Below are positions 1 through 12,600 of a DNA stretch of 64,000 nt, one piece after another. How positions within the stretch are numbered: the stretch's first letter is position 1; every line of letters begins with the position of its first letter. This DNA is from Marsupella aquatica. Its lineage: Eukaryota > Plantae > Marchantiophyta. The notes beneath the pieces were generated by a model. The model saw nothing but the letters and a program-made list of their open reading frames with translations, searched no databases and was not told where the DNA came from. A program made the position numbers and the translations under genes. The stretch is from contig OZ316892.1 of NCBI GenBank assembly GCA_973895155.1, positions 12,650,238-12,714,237 of the forward strand, given 5' to 3'.

Positions 1-620
1 TGTATGGATGATGCAGAGTAGTATTTCATACGAACTCGAGTGCCCTGTCAATAATCATACATCAAAATATGATATACACTAAAAATAACAAGGTTTATCA
101 TCATATCGAGAAATATTGAAGAGTATTTTAATGTGCATTTGCCAAAACCCCTGAGAATGGGGGCGGAGTACATGACAATAGTACGTCAATGATCCATGGA
201 ACTTACAGTACTTCAGAAGGGCACAGGAATACATTACAGTACACTATGGATGACTTGCAGGCTGGGAGTGGGGGCGGAGTACAAGACACGAGTATGCAGT
301 GGATCCATGGAACCCAATGAAGGAAGGGGGCAGAGTAGGATTTACAAGGACTGGGAGTGCGGGTGGATGAAGGATAGTAGTATGCACAGGATCCATGGAG
401 CCAATGGAACGAAGGGCACAATATCGAGGGAAGAGACATTACTCTCTATGGATGACGAACAGTAGGATTTCATACAGACTGGGTGTGGGGGGCCAGAGGG
501 GGAAGGATGAAGGACAGAAGGATGGGGTGGGTCCATGGAGCCTGTAGAATACAGGACACAACATGGAGGGGAGACATTACTCCCTGTGGATGACGCAGAG
601 CCGGCAGAGCAAAGGAAAGC
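1..620. repeat. Degenerate GC/purine-rich tandem repeat array
   Basis: GATCCATGGA recurs at about 191, 302 and 390 (GTCCATGGA at 531). GGGAGTGGGGGCGGAGTA-like and TATGGATGA..AGTAG..TTTCATAC blocks also recur at irregular 90-140 bp spacing. Confidence 0.6.
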
Positions 621-720
621 AAAGGGATGAGTGCAATCAGGAGAGGCCAGTCAGAGGGGCTTGGGCAGGGTTGTGAGTGTAAAATGCTTCCAAAACTCTT
701 GTTCTTGTTAGAGACTACTA

Positions 721-916
721 TTTAGAGCCAATGGATGGGAGGGCACAACATGGAGGGAAGACAACAAGATAAATATATATATTTCTTGTCACCTGGTTTG
801 GCTTCTTTAAAACTCTTGTTAGAGAGGAAGATTTAGAGCCAATGGATGGGAGGGCACATCATGGAGGGAAGACAACAAGATAACTATATATTCTTGTCTT
901 CTGGTTTGGCTCCTTT
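721..916. repeat. Direct repeat, about 87 bp x2
   Basis: TTTAGAGCCAATGGATGGGAGGGCACA..ATGGAGGGAAGACAACAAGATAA...CTGGTTTGGC occurs at 721-808 and 832-916. Confidence 0.85.
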
Positions 917-2261
917 GCCCTTACTGTCATCCGCCTTGGGACAACCAAAAACTTTATTAAACTTTAAACCTTGTGATCCCCATTTGGGCAAAAACAAGTT
1001 AGAACTGTGACAAAATATTTTATAGTCTTTGTGAGATCTCAAAAGAACGTTGCCCCATAAATTTAAAGAATATTGTAAGCATTTTCATGTAAACACTCAC
1101 TCTTCAGTTTGTAGTTATTTTTACGCAATTTGGGATGGCACTACAGTACTTCTAATCTCTGTTTTGCAAACTCTCGGTCCCAGCCCTATTTTTCTCATTT
1201 TTGGAAAGGAGTGTAAGTGGGCACTTGCTCCCTGTCTTGGAAATTAGTAATTTAGTTTATGAAATTAATCAGGTAAAATGTGAGCTGCTATTGTTAAATA
1301 AAGACTAGACTATTAGAATAAGAATATAAAATCTCAAATTTTTCCTTTGTATTGAGTCACCACAGCATTTTCCTAGGCACATTAAACTAAAATTTACCTA
1401 CGAGGAGAGTGAATTTTTTCCTAGAAAGAAAGCGTTGCTCAGTCTTACCTGATTTATACAGGCCCGAGCTTCTATCAAGAACTATAATAACATGTTGGGC
1501 TTTTTTGCAGTGGCCATCTTTTGAATTAGCAGGGCCCAAAAAACAAAGAATCTCACAAAGAGAAGCAATAAACCCCAAAACAATTACATTTAATGTGAAG
1601 AAAAGAGTGACACGGTTCCCGCAGTGTTCTTCAAGCAAGGGAGCTACCAAATGACGCACAAGAATCAAGTCATCATCCTAAATCCTAAACTATAATACAA
1701 GATTGCGCCTTTTTATGAAGTGGTCGTAATTCAAATTTGCAGTGTCCAAAAACCATTAATTATGTCAAAGAGAAGGAATAAAGGTTACATTAAATTTAGT
1801 GTACACCAAAAAAGTAATAATTGCATTCCAAACAAGAGGGGAATCAAATGGGAGACGCAAAAGGAGAGAGCCACACAAAACAAGAGAGGGAATGTACATG
1901 CATGAGTATCAAGGAGGTTCTTGACCCATATACATGAAATATAAAAGTACATACTATATACTATACTATGTATTATTGCAAGTATTACAATATTGTAAAA
2001 TATAATAATTATATTAATTTAATTTAAATAGGTTAATTAAACACAATAGGTTAGATGACAAGGACAATGTCAAAATCTATAATAAAATGTTACTTTTTTT
2101 ATAGTAGTCATTCAAATTTGCAATATCCCCAAAATGAAAAACATGAAAGAATGATTTCCTATGTGAATGAAAATGGAGAGCAATGTTTCCAAGCAAAAAA
2201 TGAATTTAATAATACAAAGAAAATAAGGAGGGTCTCTAGCAATACAAGAGTATCAAGGAGA

Positions 2262-3620
2262 TCTCCCTTTACCATGTACCACTATAATCCTGCCTGTCCC
2301 TTTACAAACTAAAAAAAGTGACAATCAATCTTGAATGTTCATCAAAACATAATTTTTTCCACAGAGTCAGATCTATCCATACACCCCTTCTAAAAATAAG
2401 TTCCTGCCCCAAGCTACCCTTTAACCTTCTCATATCTGCCACAATGAAAAAATTAATCAAATTTTAATTAAATTTATTCATATATAAATAATTCCAATTT
2501 TTTTGAAATAATTTCTCATCTTGACATCTTTTCTTCATATTAAGATCTTCTCACCTCAAGATCTTTGCTCATCTTGACATGTTTTCCTCACCTTGAGATC
2601 TTTTCTCACCTCGATATATATATTATATTTGTCTTATTTTGCCATATTTTTCTCACCTGACCATTTTTATCTCACCACAACATCTTTCTTCACCCTCAAC
2701 ATTTTTCCTCATATTGACATCTTTTTCTCGTCTCGCCATCTTTTCTCTCCTTGATATATTTTTCTCACCTCCAAATGTTTTTCTCTAATATGCCATCTTT
2801 TTCTCACCTTGACATATTTTTCTCAGCTCAAAATGTTTTTCTCTTATCGACATTTTTTCTCACCTTGATATATTTTCTCACCTCAACATGCATCATTTGT
2901 GCAATGCACGGGTATCAGGCCCGAGATGTACTTAACAACATGTTTTACTTCACAACATCTTTGAGTAATGACATACTTTATCTATTGACCATTTTGTACT
3001 TAACAACATCTTAATACTTAGCGACATCTTTAGCGTAATCACATCATTGGCCACATGACATCTACTTGACACAATTTTTTACTTGATGACCTTTTGGGCA
3101 ACATGCCATCTTTGGCAAAATGACTTCTTTTTCTTAACAACATCTTTTTACTTCATGACATCTTTCACATAAGAACATTATTCTTGGGAAACACAACATA
3201 TAATTTTCTTAAAAACATTTTGGGTGCCACAACACTTTCCTCTTAGTGACATCTTGGGGGACATGACATCTTGGGCGCCATAACATCTGTTTTCTAAACA
3301 ATATCTTGGGCGTCACGATATCTTTATTTTAATGACATTTTGGGTGACACAACATCTTTTTGCTTAACATCTTTTGTACAATGCACGGGTATTTCCCCTC
3401 AACGATGTCTTGGCCAACACGACATCTTTTTTTCAACGACATCTTGGCCGACATGACAACTTTTTTTTCAACGACCTCTTGGCCAACACGACATCTTTTT
3501 TTTCTCAACGACTTCTTTTCTCTCAACAACCTCTTGGCCGACACATGTGACATCTTTTTTTTCTCAACGACATCTTGGCCAACACAACTTCTTTTGTGCA
3601 ACGCACAGGTATTGAGCTAG
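2262..3620 (+). mobile_element. Non-autonomous Helitron-like element, copy 1
   Basis: The 3' end is TGTGC-AAC-GCACA (hairpin) + GGTATTGAG + CTAG(3620)T, the canonical Helitron terminus. A candidate 5' A|TC lies at 2261/2262, but the boundary is uncertain because weak homology to copy 3 may extend to about 2050. It contains about 18-19 bp TTTTCTCACCTTGACATC and about 33 bp TGACATCTTGGGCGACACGACATC minisatellites and is homologous to 3621-4962. Confidence 0.65.
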
Positions 3621-4962
3621 TCTATTCATATAAAGTGCTCCTCCTCTCTACCTCCCTCTACCATTATTTTCTTTACCACTATAATACCTGTCCCGATTGT
3701 CCCTTTACAAACTAATAAAAAATGGGAACCAATCTTGACCATTCATCAAAACATTGTTTTTTAACACCGTCAGATCTATCCATACACACCATCTAAAATA
3801 AATGTAAACCCAATCTTCCCTTTAGCCTGCCCTCACCTGTCAAAGATAAAAACTTGATGAAAAACTTCAATTTATTTATATTTAAATTGGAAAATTGGGA
3901 AAAAACTTAAAAAAATTTGAAATATTTTGAATTTATTAAACTATAAAACAATTATCTATCTAAAAATTAAAAAAACAAAAATATAGATTTCTCCTGTCAC
4001 TGGATTGTGCTTGGACTCTATGATGCAGTGAGCGTTATCTTGCGTCTCCAATTTCTATGTGTAACGCAGACTTATTGAACAGTGCACAAAAGTGTATAGC
4101 CGGGATCACAAATAACATGTCTCGATAACTACATTGCAAAGCTTATAATTTTTTGTCTTGCCTTGATATCTTTTTCTCATCTTGCCGTCTTTTCTCACTG
4201 CAGGTTTTTTTTCTCACCTACGACATCTTTTCTCTCATAGACATCTTTTCCTCCTTGACATATTTTATCACTGATGTCTTATCTTTTTTCTCTCATCTCA
4301 CCATCTTTTTCTCACCTTGACATCTTTATTTCACGCGACATCTTTCCCTCACCCTCAACATCTTTCCTCTCATCGACATCGTTTCCTCATCTTGACATCT
4401 TTTCTCACCTTGCCATATTTTCTCTCCTCGACACATTTTTCTCACCTCAACTTCATTTCCTCACCTTGACATTTTATCTCTCATCAACATTTTTTCTCTC
4501 ATCAACATTTGTTCACCTTACCATCTTTTCTCACTTCAATGTCCTTTGTGCAACGCAAAAGTATTGGGCCCAAAATGTAGTTAACAACATATTTTACTTC
4601 ACAACATCTTTGACTAACGACATACTTTACTTATCGACCATTCTGTACTTAACAACATCTTTCCACTTAACGACATCTTTGGTATAACAACATCATTGAC
4701 AACATTGCATCTATTTATTTCACGACATCTTGGGCACCACCATATCTCTTTTCTTAATGACATCTTGGGCACCATGACATCTTTTTTCTTATTGACATCT
4801 TGGGCGACACGACATCATTTTTTTCACGATATCTTAGGAGACATGACATCTTTTTGTTTAATGACATCTTGGGTGACACTGGGGGTGACATGACATCTTT
4901 TTTCTTCACGACATCTTTTTTCTTCACGACATCTTTTGTGCAACTCACAGGTATTAAGCTAG
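3621..4962 (+). mobile_element. Non-autonomous Helitron-like element, copy 2 (head-to-tail with copy 1)
   Basis: It starts TCTATTCATATAAA immediately after the copy-1 CTAG. 3672-3870 matches 2279-2460, and the same minisatellites are present. It ends TGTGCAACTCACAGGTATTAAG-CTAG at 4962. Confidence 0.65.
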
Positions 4963-5436
4963 CTGTTATATAATGTATGGTTTAGTTTTATAGTTGGCCC
5001 TTTTGACTAAAATTTTTCAAACTTAACAAGACATCTTAATTATGAGATCTAATGAGTGGATGAGTCACAACATAAAGGGACACTTAATTGAAGCTTCTAT
5101 AGAAGACTATGTCCAGCAAGATGCTTGGATGGACCCTTGCAACCAACATGAACCACTCTGAAATATTCTTTTTATCAGATACAACACTTCTCTTTTTAAA
5201 AACTAGTGCCAACATCCAAAATTAAAATGTGGAACCTTCTTGATAAGATGATGCAAACATGTACACACTCAATGGTTGATCTTCTCTGTAGCAATTAACT
5301 AAGCTTGAGTGGCCAACCCATAGCAAGCGCTATGTTCACTACTTCTTGTATCAGCCCTTAAACTTGACTCTGTTCCTTATAGCCCTTGATTTCTCCCTGA
5401 GAGACAGATGGACAGATGCCAACTGTTTCTTGTAGA

Positions 5437-5693
5437 GCTCACTAAGCTCAAGAATTATCATCTTCCCACAAAAGACAAAAAGATTGTGTTCAACAGTAAG
5501 TTGCCAACTTTCATTGCTTTGCATGTGTCATTAGCTCTTGAAGACAACACTGAATAGGATTGTAGCTCACTAAGCTCAAGAATTATCATCTTCCCACAAA
5601 AGACAAAAAGATTGTGTTCTATAGTCAGTTGCCAACTTTCATTGCTCTGCATGTGTCATTTGTCCTTGAAGACAAAACTGAATAGAATTGTTG
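5437..5693. repeat. Tandem duplication, 128-bp period x2
   Basis: GCTCACTAAGCTCAAGAATTATCATCTTCCCACAAAAGACAAAAAGATTGTGTTC starts at 5437 and 5565. Confidence 0.9.
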
Positions 5694-7879
5694 TGTTTGG
5701 TTCTCTCCTGCCATGTTCACTTTTGTGAGACGCTAGGTGTTTGCATGGAGGATTCCAGCTGGGGTTGTTTTGGTCGATGATTTGCATTCTGGTTTGCCCT
5801 GCAGGGCCTCTGGTTCTGTACTAGAATAGGGTTTCCTACCCCCAAGTGGCTGGACCAGTTGCAAGTCTCTGGCACTTGGGCTCGGTTCCCCTCTTTTTCC
5901 AAAATGAAAAGCAAACCTTGGAGTTGACAAGCAACTTGTATGGGTACGTTGCACAGTCAATGAACATTAGTAGACCTTCGAAAAGACTAACTAGATTTTT
6001 AGGTTGGACAGTCCATCCACATTTTCGAATTTTGTGCAAAGAAGTCTGGCCATTGTAATCTGAGAGACAACAAGCATCAGTATGATTGATCTGTCTTTTT
6101 GTCTTCAGGTGGGACACTGGTTGATTGCTTTTAACCTGCAAAAAGCCGCAGGCCATGAATTGCAAGGTCCACATCTTGCATTAATTTGGCCCATGTACAA
6201 TCTGCACTTTTCTTGTTGCCCACTTTTTTCAAATAGCTGTCTTCATCAAATGTGTTGCTTTTTGATGTAGATAACTAATGTAGCTCGTACCCATGACAAA
6301 ATTGACACAGAAATGTGGTACAGACATGATGGGAAATGCACAAATTTAGGGCCAAAGTTGAGCAGAGTAATATGGCTCAGTTGTGACCATCTTTTAAAAA
6401 GCATTCATCCATGAATGCTTGACCAACTTAAGCAGGAACAATTCTACCAACCTCTGAGTGAAAGATGTGACTCAATTGTGTCCTTCTAAACACCTGAGGA
6501 TTGTGACACAGAATGACATATGTGATGTGGTGGCTACCACTGCCCGGGACTCGGGACACCATTTCATGTGCTTCCACCCCGGGACGGTGTTCTTGACAAA
6601 CAATCAAAGATCTGAACTTTTCTAGGACAGGAGCTAATGCCCTTGGAGATACGGTCATTACTTACTGATCCTACTGCAGGGGGACAATTATAGCGATTGC
6701 TGCCCATATATTTGGCCATATTGAAACCAAGGTGGCCCTAGTCAACAAGGAGGCATGTCTTGCTTGTTACCCGACGAAGCTATCCTACTTGATTGCTTTG
6801 GAAGTCTGTGGGGCTCTTCACTATTATATCTTTAATCCATTCCTATGGGTATGTGGGGTTTTTTGTGTAGAAGAGACACCAACTTCCCTAGTTTCTGTCC
6901 TCAGTGCCTTCTTTAGACAACAGGTGTCTATTGTGCTATAGAGGGCTTAGTGATTCATTATTTTTCATAGGGCCAAGGCTCTTGGTTTTAGGGCCCGTTC
7001 AGGGCCTCTAGACAAATTCCTCTATGAGGTTTATTCCAGAGCTTGCCAGGCTTTTCAGCTGCTGCTCCCTAGTGCCTTAGAGCTCTTTTGTGGTTGTAAG
7101 GGGCCATTTGGACTTTGGCTAGTTGGTCTCCTTGGATTTCTTCTTTTCCTTTTCCCTTGTTTTCTCCCCTTCATTGGGTCTCTTGTCTTGGGATCATGTC
7201 TCGTGGTTTGGCACATTTGCTCTCTTACAGTGTAATGTATGTCTTATATTTATTGTGAATCACTTAGAAATGGGCACTCAGGAAGATAATCTCATTGAGG
7301 GGAACATATCCCTGACTACCTCATGCAACTTAATTTCTCTTGTCCCACTGTCTAGGAATGGATGACAAAGGTGCTTACAACTTCATGACCTTGCTTTGAT
7401 TCAAGCCCGGCTAGAATACTAATCTCTTGGCTCTTTAAGTCAAATTTCAAACACTCAAGTTATTATCATATGTTGGAAAATTTGTTTGGGATTGCTTGGG
7501 CTATATTCCTACATAAATTTACTGCTTCTTTCCAAATCTCTTTATTGAAAAGCAAGTGTGTCCCAAAATCACACGTTAAGTACTTCCCATTTTTTTGGGT
7601 AGATTTGGAGACCCAAAGATGTCCTACTTGCAGATCTAGTTGTGACACTAGATGTGGACCATTAGATCATGTTACTGTAGATCTTTACCTGTTACTTTTC
7701 TTTATTTTCTAGTTTTTTGGGTCACCACCCCGGTTTTCTAGGTCTGCATTTGTCCTTTAATACGTACATAGTGCAAAAAGCGCCAAACCAGGAACCCAAA
7801 GGTAGGTGACCCAAATAGAGGAGAGAAAACAAGGGAAAATGTGAGGGAAGACTAAAGAGAGAAAAAGACGTTGCTTGGT

Positions 7880-8125
7880 CTTTGTCCTCTGTGGACATAT
7901 TATGTTTTTTCTCATTGTATTTTGTTTGGTCGTTTTTAGAAAATTGATCCTTTTCTTTTTGTCCTGTCTGGACCTCTTTTGTTTTTTCCTATTGTACATG
8001 GCTTGGCCCTATTTAGGAAATTGATCCATTTCTTGTTGTCCTCTCTGGACCTCTTTTGGTATTTCTCCACTGTACCCCTTGTCTGGCCCTTTTCCAGGAA
8101 ATCGATCCTTTTCTTATGGAGACCT
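7880..8125. repeat. Degenerate tandem repeat, about 79 bp x3
   Basis: GAAA(A)TTGATCC...TTGTCCT(G/C)TCTGGACCTCTTTT units at about 7939, 8017 and 8098. Confidence 0.75.
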
Positions 8126-10764
8126 CTATCCAAAAAAGTGCTGGCAGGAGGACTAATAAGATATGGGTTTTGTCACAGCAGAATGCCTCAGATATCTTCA
8201 GTAGGTAGGCATCACCCCTCTGTCTACACACTGTTTAAAAATTCGACACATGTGCTCAATAGTAGATAATATTAGCCCCTCCTTTATTAATTATCAGGAT
8301 ATTTCCCCAAACCACTCTTGAGAAAAGCGACAGTGGGTGACAATCTTCGCTTTCACCCAAAAAAGAAGCCTTAAAATAATGCTCAGGTTGACTTTCCAAT
8401 CAATACAATAGTGTACAATACTATTCACATAGATTGAGGGAAAGCTTGGAAAATTGCCGAAGGCGATCCATGGCGGTCGAGAGAACCTTCGAGTGGTCTA
8501 TAGCTGTGCACAGATTGGACTCTACAACTGTAACAGGTCGAAAAAGGAGGCATGTACAGGGGATGCTGGACTTCGCCTCTGCAGTACGATGCATCTCCCG
8601 TTTTTTTCAGCGATGGAATTCGTGATCTCAGCCGTTTATGAACGGCTAGCTTGACAGCCCACGTCAGCAAAAGCAAAGCCCTTTCGAGGATTTTGTGCCC
8701 GGAAATCATAAATTGCGAGCTCGAGAGACAGAGCACCCTTGTGAAGTGTGAAGGTTTGTGATGATGGTGGTGCTGTCCACTCCCCTCCCCTCCCGTCTGC
8801 CGGCACCTCGTACAGGAATTTACTTCCCGTGGAGTGAGCGAGAATAAAGAAAGAAAGGGGCTTGAAGAAAGGGGGGTTTCAGCGGCAGCTTCGGAGCGGG
8901 TTTCGTTTTTCCGCTTGTGCTGCAAATTGCCGTACTTCGGATGAGCGAAATTTGGCAGGCCAGAATGGAAGCATGATTTTGTTATGCTGAGTGTGGCAGC
9001 GGGAGGGGTCAGGTGTGTGTCATGGAGAAGTAATTGGCAGGACTTTCCAGTGATGCCGTGGAATGAGAAGGAGCAGATCGACCGAGGCAGAATGATGGTG
9101 AAATGATGGTGAAGGCAGTGAAAGGGGATGCAGCCTGCAGGTCCTGGAAGGAGGACAATCATGTTTAGATGATGATGGTTGGGTGTGGTCGTGCGGCAGG
9201 GTGGCTGTAATCACAAGTGTGCCACATTAGCTCGAAGATAATAGCTGGGCTGAACTCGAATGTACTGTAGTCTACAGGCTTGCAGCAAGACAGAGCGGGC
9301 AGTGGCTCTCACAGAGACATTCAGGAAGGCTGATTGGTTGGAGCTTTCGTCCGACGTTAGACCAGACTAGAGCAGAGCAGAGCAGAGCACAGCCAGCCAG
9401 CCAGCTAGGGAGGCAGGTAGCAAACAGCCCAACGCGAGCTCACAAGACCTTTTGGAGGTGGAGATGAATGACGGTTGACTGATTTTTTTTTAATAATTGG
9501 AGTTTGATTCCTCTCCTCGGTACTGTAGAACAAAGCAGTTCTCAATCCAGACCCTAAAGTGAAAAGGGTAATCGTTCGTTCGTTCGTACGCGTGAGAGGT
9601 GGATGTCTCCTGGATGCCGCCTGTAGGATCCATCATCAATTCGCCCGCTTGGTTGAGTTTATAAACGCCATTGCCATTGTCAGTGTGTGTATTGGTGTGT
9701 ATATGTTGTGGGGTGATGTCGAGTGTGGGGAGGAGTGAGGCGGAGAGGTGAACAGGGGGCGGGAATGGTGTGTTCCTGTGTATTCTCACGTGCCCAACTT
9801 GTTCGAATTTAATGTACATGAGCCGTTGTGGTAGTGCCGCGAGCTTTGCTGAACAGAACGCTTGCCGCGTCAATCTTCACCGGATTGATATTTTGTCCCT
9901 CCTCCACTCAGCCGTCTCTTTTAGCTGTTCTGCTTCTACGAGAACGACGCATGGTACAATCAAATTTGCTCTTCCCGGAGGCAATTCTGCATTTGAGTTG
10001 GCGTGGTGATGTAGCCAACTCTTGGCCCGAAGACTGGAGCAAGGAAGGAGCATTCAACCAGGGGACGGGCTGACTGAATGGGTCGGTTTGCTGGCACGAG
10101 TTTCCATTCACATCTACTCTAGACGAAGGGAAGCTTTGATCGATACGTTCGTGGGGACAACTGTGGGATGAAACTCTGGACAGGAAAGGCGAGACCTGTT
10201 GACACTCTGGAGCACGTCATCTTTTCTGCTTCGGCCGGTATGTTAGAGTGGCTCTAGTATTCCTTTGATCAATTGGCTGGCTGGCTCTCCAATGACGGGC
10301 ATGACGGTTCTCCATTCCACCCGACGGGCCAGATGATTGTCTGAGTAGGGTTTGAATTCAAGGGAGGGAGTCCGAGGAGGACATGATGCTCATTAGGCGA
10401 TTAGAGGGTCATCAGCCTTCTTTCTTTTGGGTGGTATCGGGTCATTTGGATTTAAGAGATACGAGTAGTCTATGTTGGGGTCGAAGAGCTGAAAAGAAAC
10501 TTTCTAGAGGAGGAATTGAGAGAAACTGGACAACCCAAGCTATGATTTGAAAGGAAGGAGAAATACTGTAGTTGTTCGTCAGAGGAAAGTAGGAGGTTAT
10601 GTTACGCGGTGAACTTGGTGGAGGTGCACGCCGTGAGCTGAGGAAGCGATCTATACAGGAGGTGAACAACATGACGTGACAAGAGAGCCTGGGAAGGTTC
10701 AGCTAGGGCGCTTTTGTCTAGAGAAATAATAATACTGTATTATATCGAGAGATTCTAGGGAAAA

Positions 10765-12600
10765 ATGGTAGACTTCGATATCAGGATAAACTCCCATGCA
10801 CATTCCGCAGGGTTGAAACGCCTTTCAGCAAGAGCTCATGCAGCAGGGGCAGCAGGTGGTCCACCCAGCAGCACTGGTGGCCGGCGGGTCTTTTTCTCGT
10901 TCGCTGCCTATGCACGCACTGCCATTGAATATTTGATAAATTGCCGAGTCCCTATTGAGAAGGGACTCTCGGATGAAGAATTTGCTAGAGTGGAGGCATC
11001 TTATGGATTTACATTTCCTCCTGATCTCAGAGCTATTCTGCATGAGGGCTTGCCAGTGGGTGATGGATTCCCCAACTGGCGGCACGGGAGTACACAGCAG
11101 CTTCAGATGCGGCTTGATCTACCAACTTCAGGGCTTTTGTACGAGGTGGCTCGATCAAATATGTGGTGGAAACAATGGGGTCCCAGGCCAGTTGATATAG
11201 AGCAAGCAGTCCGTCTTGCTCGCGCGGCACTTCGGAAAGTTCCCCTGTTGGTACCTGTGTACAGTCATTGTTACATTGCCGCATCACCCAACCTTGCTGG
11301 AAATCCCGTGTTCTTCGTCTATCTCAAGGATGTCTTCATTAGCGGAATTGACATCGCAGATTTTTTCCAGCGTGACCAATTTACTCCCCATGATTATGAG
11401 CCCCCCACCAACTTGCCGGACTTCATGGAGTGGGTTGGAGGTGGGGGAACAGACAGTGGGACTAAAGGAGTCATGAGGATGGGCAGCGGGCGAGATTTTC
11501 TCCTCATGGATAGGATTAGCAGATTGATTGACGGGAAAGAAAATTTGACCGTCACAACAACAACAACAACTAGTAGTAAAGTGGCCGGAGATGACGAAAA
11601 TAAAACCAACGGCAATAGTGCGCAAGAGGCGCAGCTGCAGCATCGACATGGAAGCAGTGCTGGTGTTCCAGCTTGGCGCTTGTCTGATGCTCATGACCAT
11701 GTCCTCATGGAGAACATTAGTGAAGAAGAAGCTGAGAAAAAAAGGGACGACGCTGTGGATAGAGATTTCGAGTCATGGGGCCGAAGTCTGGACACACTTG
11801 TCGCGAAACACTCGGAAGTGTCATTGTTCAAGAGTTTGGATAATTTTGGTAGACCACTCAGCTCCAAAAGTCTCGAATATAACAATAGCAGCAAGTCTCA
11901 GCAGCAGCAGCAGAGACGAAGCAGCGTTTCTCGACCTGTAGCAGCGACGGGCCGCCCCATTCCTAAGAATGTTGTCAACCAAGAGATAGCCTCGAAATTC
12001 AGCTATTTTGAAGAGACAACCCTGTCTTCGAAAGCTATTATGCACTTCTCGATAAATGCTCCACCCTGGGCGGCAAAGGCAGCTCGCTTCATTGAGTTTT
12101 GGAGTGAATTGATGGAGAAACGGCCTATGACGAATGTTCTCCCAACAGACACTCTTTTTTCTGCTCACACTGTAGATTGTGATGTGGCAAATCATTCAAA
12201 TGGATGTTGGAAGTGGGAAAACACTGATCCCAAGGAGTCCTTGACTAAATTCAAGAGCACATTCTTACCGAAGTGGATGGTGGGCTATTTGGACGACATG
12301 TGCCTTCGGCTCCGGAAAGGAGGATGGAATGAAGATGATATCCAAGAGATAATGGAGACCTGTCCTGAACCGATGTTGCTGCCCGAGACGTGTGATAAGC
12401 AGTCCGTGCTGGATGCCTTGTCGAGACAAGCCCAGATTCTTTCAACTTCTTTAAGAGGAGCCGGATGGAGCATTAGGGATGTTGCAGAGGTGTTAAATGT
12501 GGACCTCAGTTTTGGAGATCATCGGCTAGCAACTTCCAAGTTGTCCCCTGAACTCGCAGCACGACTGAGCACATTCGCAGAGTACGTTGTCAATGCGTAA
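10765..12600 (+). CDS. Plant protein of unknown function with KNR4/SMI1 (SUKH)-like domain (At3g50340/At5g67020-like), 611 aa, intronless
   Basis: Long ORF with N-terminus MVDFD..AHSAGLKRLSARA, motif GLSDEEFARVEASYGFTFPPDLRAILHEGLPVGDGFPNW, LVPVYSHCYI..PNLAGNPVFFV, PPWAAKAARFIEFWSEL and two C-terminal LRxxGW repeats. These match my recollection of this family. Confidence 0.85.
   Translation: MVDFDIRINSHAHSAGLKRLSARAHAAGAAGGPPSSTGGRRVFFSFAAYARTAIEYLINCRVPIEKGLSDEEFARVEASYGFTFPPDLRAILHEGLPVGDGFPNWRHGSTQQLQMRLDLPTSGLLYEVARSNMWWKQWGPRPVDIEQAVRLARAALRKVPLLVPVYSHCYIAASPNLAGNPVFFVYLKDVFISGIDIADFFQRDQFTPHDYEPPTNLPDFMEWVGGGGTDSGTKGVMRMGSGRDFLLMDRISRLIDGKENLTVTTTTTTSSKVAGDDENKTNGNSAQEAQLQHRHGSSAGVPAWRLSDAHDHVLMENISEEEAEKKRDDAVDRDFESWGRSLDTLVAKHSEVSLFKSLDNFGRPLSSKSLEYNNSSKSQQQQQRRSSVSRPVAATGRPIPKNVVNQEIASKFSYFEETTLSSKAIMHFSINAPPWAAKAARFIEFWSELMEKRPMTNVLPTDTLFSAHTVDCDVANHSNGCWKWENTDPKESLTKFKSTFLPKWMVGYLDDMCLRLRKGGWNEDDIQEIMETCPEPMLLPETCDKQSVLDALSRQAQILSTSLRGAGWSIRDVAEVLNVDLSFGDHRLATSKLSPELAARLSTFAEYVVNA

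Noticed and set aside
2751-4948. ORFs of 64-137 aa rich in F, S, T and L
   Set aside because: They are translations of the Helitron minisatellites and have no coding signature.
5700-7100. Possible degenerate LINE reverse-transcriptase remnant (also 28600-29600 and 44700-45620)
   Set aside because: Composition suggests decayed coding DNA, but no diagnostic motif could be read; a tBLASTn search would be needed.
8400-10700. Candidate conserved miRNA precursor in unique non-coding sequence
   Set aside because: I saw no match to recalled conserved plant miRNAs and no long hairpin by eye.
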